A stretch of DNA of 63,970 nt, counting the filler, from Licmophora abbreviata (lineage: Eukaryota): assembly GCA_900291995.1 (NCBI GenBank). It is 8 parts of 8 records of this genome, joined end to end, with 100 filler letters (N's around TTAATTAATTAA, not from the genome) between each part and the next. Parts side by side here need not be neighbours in the genome. Positions count along the whole stretch, not along the records: positions 59,636 to 61,802 come from OLMU01004252.1; positions 61,903 to 63,970 come from OLMU01004264.1; 6 more parts are not named here. The stretch is one strand, 5' to 3'. A program made the position numbers and the translations under genes. How positions within the stretch are numbered: the first letter of the stretch is position 1; the number at the start of each line of letters is the position of its first letter. This document shows, one piece after another, positions 59,740 through 63,970 of the stretch. A model generated the notes under the pieces. That model saw only the letters and a program-made list of their open reading frames with translations. It was not told the DNA's origin and did no database searches.

Positions 59740-61797
59740 TTACACTATTGGTCCGCAGTTACAGCCGGTAAACTCGTCGAAATCCAGCAGGTCGTCGATG
59801 CCACCAGATTCCTCAGTATCTTTTTCGGATATCGTGGTAATCACCCATACTTTCACTGTCCGATCAGTGGAAGACGACAGAAACACTCGGGAGTCTTGAG
59901 TCGCAGATAATGCCGTCACGGTGCCCGTGTGGCCATCGTACTCTCGGAGGCTCGACCCGGTGAGCGCGTCAAACATGCGGATGACAGCTCCCGAGGCAGT
60001 AAGGACCGTCGTTTGGTCCATGACGGCAACAGCTTGAACTGGCCCTTCGTGACCTGATAGTATTCGTAGGGAGCGCTTCCTATGGATTCCCCATATTCTT
60101 GCCGTTCCGTCGGCCGACCCACTCACAATCGCCTTCCCAGGTGCAAGACAGGCAAGACACAGCACAGGGGCAGTGTGTCCAGTGAAAGACTTCTCACACA
60201 CCATTTCTGAGAACATCGGGCTCTCGTCAACGCTCTGGGACTTGTGACGGAAAGGTTCGTTCTCAAATTGGATCTCAGCTTCGTCGGGAGGCGCAAGGGC
60301 AGAGTGGAAGTTACGCATGGCTCTGTCCGTGTGCCAGAGTCGAATGCAAGTATCGGCGTCTGACGCGCTCACAAAGGCGTTCTCGTCCTGAAGGGTACAA
60401 AGACTGGTCTTTCCCGCTCCGTGACCAGTGTAGCTCGCAATACAGATGCCGGAAAATGCTTCCCATATTCGAGCTGATCCATTGTCATAGCCACAAACAA
60501 AGGTTTCCCCACTCCTCATCGGAACCACACTAGCGACTCCACATCTAGAACCCAATGTCGATGATGGAAGAGAGTAGCTCCGAATACATTCACCATTGAG
60601 ATTCCAAAGTTTTGCTTCTCCATTCTCACAGCCGGCGACAAAGAATGTAGTGCAATCAGCAGCGTCGTCCTGCCTGTCGAGATCTTCGTTGGTCGGCGGA
60701 CGGTAAGATTTGCTAGTTCCTAGCAGCGCAACACACGTGACCCCTTTTTTATGTCCTGTCATGACTTGGGTACACTGTTCACGCCCGTCATTTTGAATTA
60801 CCGGTATGTCCCAAATTCGAATGGACTTGTCGGTCGAGGTGGTCAAGAATCGCAGTCGCGGCAGCCTCGACTCAGTCGAAACCCTCTGCGATAACGTGCC
60901 CTCGCTTTGGTCCGTCGGCAACTGGCTGTTGTTTCTCAAGGATGGACGCGAGCTCCGCACGCTCGTCATCGAAGGCCGTTTGCTCATTTCTCTTTCCAAT
61001 TGTCGAGAAGAAAGTTCAAGGAGCTCTCGTTCGGCAGAAGGAAGCAACGGAACTGCTAGGACAGATGTGACTTGATCGCGATGGGCGACGATACTTTTCT
61101 TACACCATGCCCCTGTTTCGACAACATCATTGCGCTCGTCGTATGCCTCGGCCAGCTTGATGAGAGTGTCATACAAGCTCGCTGTAAGATTACATACTGC
61201 CACATTACTCAAGTTCAACTCTTCATAGTAGTCTTCAATCAGAAATGTGAGAACGACCTGCGGAATGTCCTCGACTAAGACGCACGCCAATAAAATGTAG
61301 CCCAAGCTGAGTTTTTCCACATCCAATCGTTTCAAAAGAGGTGTCAACACCCGACCATCCGATGCCAGAACCAACCACAGTGCGGTACCCAAGATACACG
61401 TCATGAGCGTTAAACCCAGCAATACTGGAGGAATCAAGTAGGGTTTGTCTCCCTCTTGTACCGCCTCGCGGTACTCCTTGTCCGTTCTCCAAGCCTCAAA
61501 ATAGAATAACCAGTCGAAAATCACGTCGAGGTCGGACGCCAGAGAAGTCAAGGCGGCCATGGCACGAAATCTTTTACGGTGATGTTTGTATATATGTTTC
61601 TGTTGTGAACTCTGCGAGTCGTCGTCGTTGTCCATCGAACCCTCTTCTGGAATGGCCAAGTTGCGGTACTCCTTGCCATCGTAGTTTCCTCCAGACGACC
61701 AGACGCGCGCACCCGCTTCCGCCGCTTCTTCTGGGCCACTTCGTTTTAGACCCCGACTGGATGGGAAGAATTGATTTACAAGCACGGCGACGACCAT
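59740..61797 (-). CDS. Membrane protein with C-terminal WD40 repeats (possibly 5'-partial)
   Basis: Several TM helices including LVEDIPQVVLT, then GH...WD-type repeats (SGSADGTARIW, SSSTDRTVKVW). Confidence 0.85.
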   Translation of the reverse strand: MVVAVLVNQFFPSSRGLKRSGPEEAAEAGARVWSSGGNYDGKEYRNLAIPEEGSMDNDDDSQSSQQKHIYKHHRKRFRAMAALTSLASDLDVIFDWLFYFEAWRTDKEYREAVQEGDKPYLIPPVLLGLTLMTCILGTALWLVLASDGRVLTPLLKRLDVEKLSLGYILLACVLVEDIPQVVLTFLIEDYYEELNLSNVAVCNLTASLYDTLIKLAEAYDERNDVVETGAWCKKSIVAHRDQVTSVLAVPLLPSAERELLELSSRQLEREMSKRPSMTSVRSSRPSLRNNSQLPTDQSEGTLSQRVSTESRLPRLRFLTTSTDKSIRIWDIPVIQNDGREQCTQVMTGHKKGVTCVALLGTSKSYRPPTNEDLDRQDDAADCTTFFVAGCENGEAKLWNLNGECIRSYSLPSSTLGSRCGVASVVPMRSGETFVCGYDNGSARIWEAFSGICIASYTGHGAGKTSLCTLQDENAFVSASDADTCIRLWHTDRAMRNFHSALAPPDEAEIQFENEPFRHKSQSVDESPMFSEMVCEKSFTGHTAPVLCLACLAPGKAIVSGSADGTARIWGIHRKRSLRILSGHEGPVQAVAVMDQTTVLTASGAVIRMFDALTGSSLREYDGHTGTVTALSATQDSRVFLSSSTDRTVKVWVITTISEKDTEESGGIDDLLDFDEFTGCNCGPIV

Positions 61798-61802
61798 GTC
61801 TC

Positions 61803-61902
61803 NNNNNNNNNNNNNNNNNNNNNNNNNNNNNNNNNNNNNNNNNNNNTTAATTAATTAANNNNNNNNNNNNNNNNNNNNNNNNNNNNNNNNNNNNNNNNNN
61901 NN
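61803..61902. other. Assembly linker
   Basis: N44-TTAATTAATTAA-N44. Confidence 0.97.
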
Positions 61903-62565
61903 TCACCAGGCAGCATATCTCTGATTGGCTTCAAGCTCATGTACGACCAAATTCCGGATCATTTGTACAAGCCTTTCGCGGACTGGTTGAATGACAATGA
62001 CATTGTCGTGTTGCACTTGGTGCGAAAAGCGTCCGTGCTACGCTATGCATCGGGTGAAGAGAAGCGGCTGCGTATTCTCCGGGGCGGCCACGCACGGTAC
62101 AGGGACGAAGCGGAATTGAGGAGGTACAATGGAGGAAATTTGACCTCAGCCAGCAGTGTGGAGTTGAACGCTCATGCTCTTGAGGTCATCCGAAGACATG
62201 AGCACCACATGGAGGACTTTGCTACGTACATTCGGGCACATGCGCCGTTTGCACCATTTATGGAGGTAGCTTACGAGTCGCTGACGGGTCTCCACGAAGA
62301 ACGAGTCTTTCGTTCCATCGGTGGCTTCTTGGGAGTTCAGGGTTTAAGTGCAAACAAGGGCAGGACTTTGGTGAGAACCAATCCTGGTACGTGTAGCGAT
62401 CGAGTGATGAATCTTGGTGACCAGTTCGATGAGCTGCACGGGACCCGCTCGAAATTAGAATGTCGATTGATGGAGGCCGCGCACGATCCTTCATCCCGCA
62501 AGTCGATGACAGATCTGCTGCCGCCATCTACTGGTCAGAAATGTCGGTTTGTGTTTAACTGCTAG
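61903..62565 (+). CDS. Stf0/NodH-like sulfotransferase, 5'-partial
   Basis: IGFKLMYDQ, VLHLVRK...RYAS, VAYESL and FLGV. The frame is open to the gap. Confidence 0.6.
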   Translation, partial: SPGSISLIGFKLMYDQIPDHLYKPFADWLNDNDIVVLHLVRKASVLRYASGEEKRLRILRGGHARYRDEAELRRYNGGNLTSASSVELNAHALEVIRRHEHHMEDFATYIRAHAPFAPFMEVAYESLTGLHEERVFRSIGGFLGVQGLSANKGRTLVRTNPGTCSDRVMNLGDQFDELHGTRSKLECRLMEAAHDPSSRKSMTDLLPPSTGQKCRFVFNC

Positions 62566-62627
62566 GAAAATCCTGATACCTAGAAAATATAAAGGATGAG
62601 CTAGATCCCATTTGCCTTAACACTCGT

Positions 62628-63707
62628 TCATAGCTCCCGGGCGTGCTCGACGACGTCATCTCCCACGATGAGTCGGAGAACGTTCGGGTGCTTGACAAAG
62701 TTTTTTGTTCCAGCTCCGATACCGACACATCGAATCGTATAACATGGCGACCGCCCTGGGATTTTGGATTTATACGACATGGTAAGAACCTTCAAGAGTG
62801 CAGCTGCGGTCGGTGTCACCAACTCTCCCGTGACCCCGGGTGGTCCCGGGCAGGTCGGCATGTCTACAAGTAGTCGCAACGTAGCTGGTGCTGGAACTGG
62901 CAATAAGCCATGAGCAGTCCATACCGTTCCCTGTCCCATCGGCAACGGACTGCATGACACTGTCTTGATCCCCAAACAGTCCATGGCCAGCAGCGTTCCG
63001 ATGGTATCAACAATGGAATCGATCGCTCCTACCTCATGAAAGTGTACCGCATCTGGAGAGTCTGCACCGTGCGTCATGGCTTCCGCTTGGGCAAGCTCCG
63101 TAAACGCTTTAATGGCAGTATCACGAACCCATTCTGGAATGTACTCTGTCGACGCCTTTCTTAGCATGCCTCGAATCTGTGGCAAATTGCGCAAGGGCCC
63201 TGACTCATGCGCAATGGCGTGAGGATGATGGTCATGTGAATGGGGCGTGTCATCGACATCGTTCTTGTCGAAGGGTTGCGATTCGTCGTGCGTATCCTGT
63301 CCCACCGTCGACGAGCTGTGCAAATGTGCGTGCCCATGTCCGTGATCATGAGCATGCAATAACTCGGTTCTTTCCTGCTGGAATGCCGATGTCGACGGTA
63401 CTGGGGCGGCAGAATGGTTGTACCGACTGTGGACAGTCACGTAGCTAGCGGCAATGGAACCCATTTCGCTCCTCCAAACTCGTTTGACTTGCAACGAGAA
63501 GTCGCCTTTTAGCTCCGGCAAGCCTTGCTCCAAGCAAAACTGAATATAGGAAAGTAGGGAGGGGGCATTCCCACTGGCGTCGACGCAGGCGGCCAACATC
63601 ATGTCGCCAGCGGCGCCACTGAAGCAGTCCCAATGGGCGTGGTAGGAACCCCCTGGACGCTCCCACTCTGTTGTCACCGCTCCGGAGGGCGCTGATTGGT
63701 AAGACAT
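62628..63707 (-). CDS. larC: LarC (DUF111) nickel-insertion protein, N-terminal LarC1 portion only
   Basis: DCFSGAAGDMMLAA, His-rich linker, LAQAEA..HG...VHFHEVGAIDSIVD, HGLLPVPAPAT, GELVTPT and GAGTK...PNVLR. Confidence 0.9.
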   Translation of the reverse strand: MSYQSAPSGAVTTEWERPGGSYHAHWDCFSGAAGDMMLAACVDASGNAPSLLSYIQFCLEQGLPELKGDFSLQVKRVWRSEMGSIAASYVTVHSRYNHSAAPVPSTSAFQQERTELLHAHDHGHGHAHLHSSSTVGQDTHDESQPFDKNDVDDTPHSHDHHPHAIAHESGPLRNLPQIRGMLRKASTEYIPEWVRDTAIKAFTELAQAEAMTHGADSPDAVHFHEVGAIDSIVDTIGTLLAMDCLGIKTVSCSPLPMGQGTVWTAHGLLPVPAPATLRLLVDMPTCPGPPGVTGELVTPTAAALLKVLTMSYKSKIPGRSPCYTIRCVGIGAGTKNFVKHPNVLRLIVGDDVVEHAREL

Positions 63708-63970
63708 GATGACAACGAGGGCAGATGGCGTTGTTCAGGCGACGGCTGTCGGCTCATTGTGTGTTGTACTTTATCATCGCAAGGATCGTTGATGATGTGG
63801 TCGGGTTGGTGTTCGGTATCTACGAACCCTCCTAGGAGGGTTTGTGTAATGATGTGATGGTGCTGCGATGTATGTGTCTCCATATCACACGAGGACGGTC
63901 TAAAACGTCAAGTCAATGCACGCTAGGCAATACCAAAGGATGTCTGCTGCTAGAAGGCTAATTTGCTTTT

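Overview
Gene-dense eukaryotic nuclear DNA, very probably from a diatom or a related photosynthetic stramenopile. The evidence is short spliceosomal introns (76-346 nt), many signal-peptide + 'A/F' bipartite plastid presequences, and diatom-type CxxC-domain and TM-LRR proteins. I can support about 39 protein-coding genes and see no RNA genes, CRISPR arrays or transposons. Seven 100-nt N44-TTAATTAATTAA-N44 blocks are assembly linkers, and three of them separate contig ends that actually overlap. Closing one reveals a ~986-aa putatively plastid-targeted HxxxD acyltransferase/transmembrane/lipocalin fusion. Other notable points: an intron-less LarC (nickel-pincer chelatase) containing only the LarC1 half; a cytochrome-b5 desaturase with HxxHH in place of the diagnostic QxxHH box and a GC-AG intron; an INO1 with an in-frame TAG at a conserved Tyr position; six genes each needing one extra base (probably homopolymer errors); and a palindrome, TACCGGTA, recurring in 3' flanks. 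All product calls come from motif recognition by eye, not from database searches.
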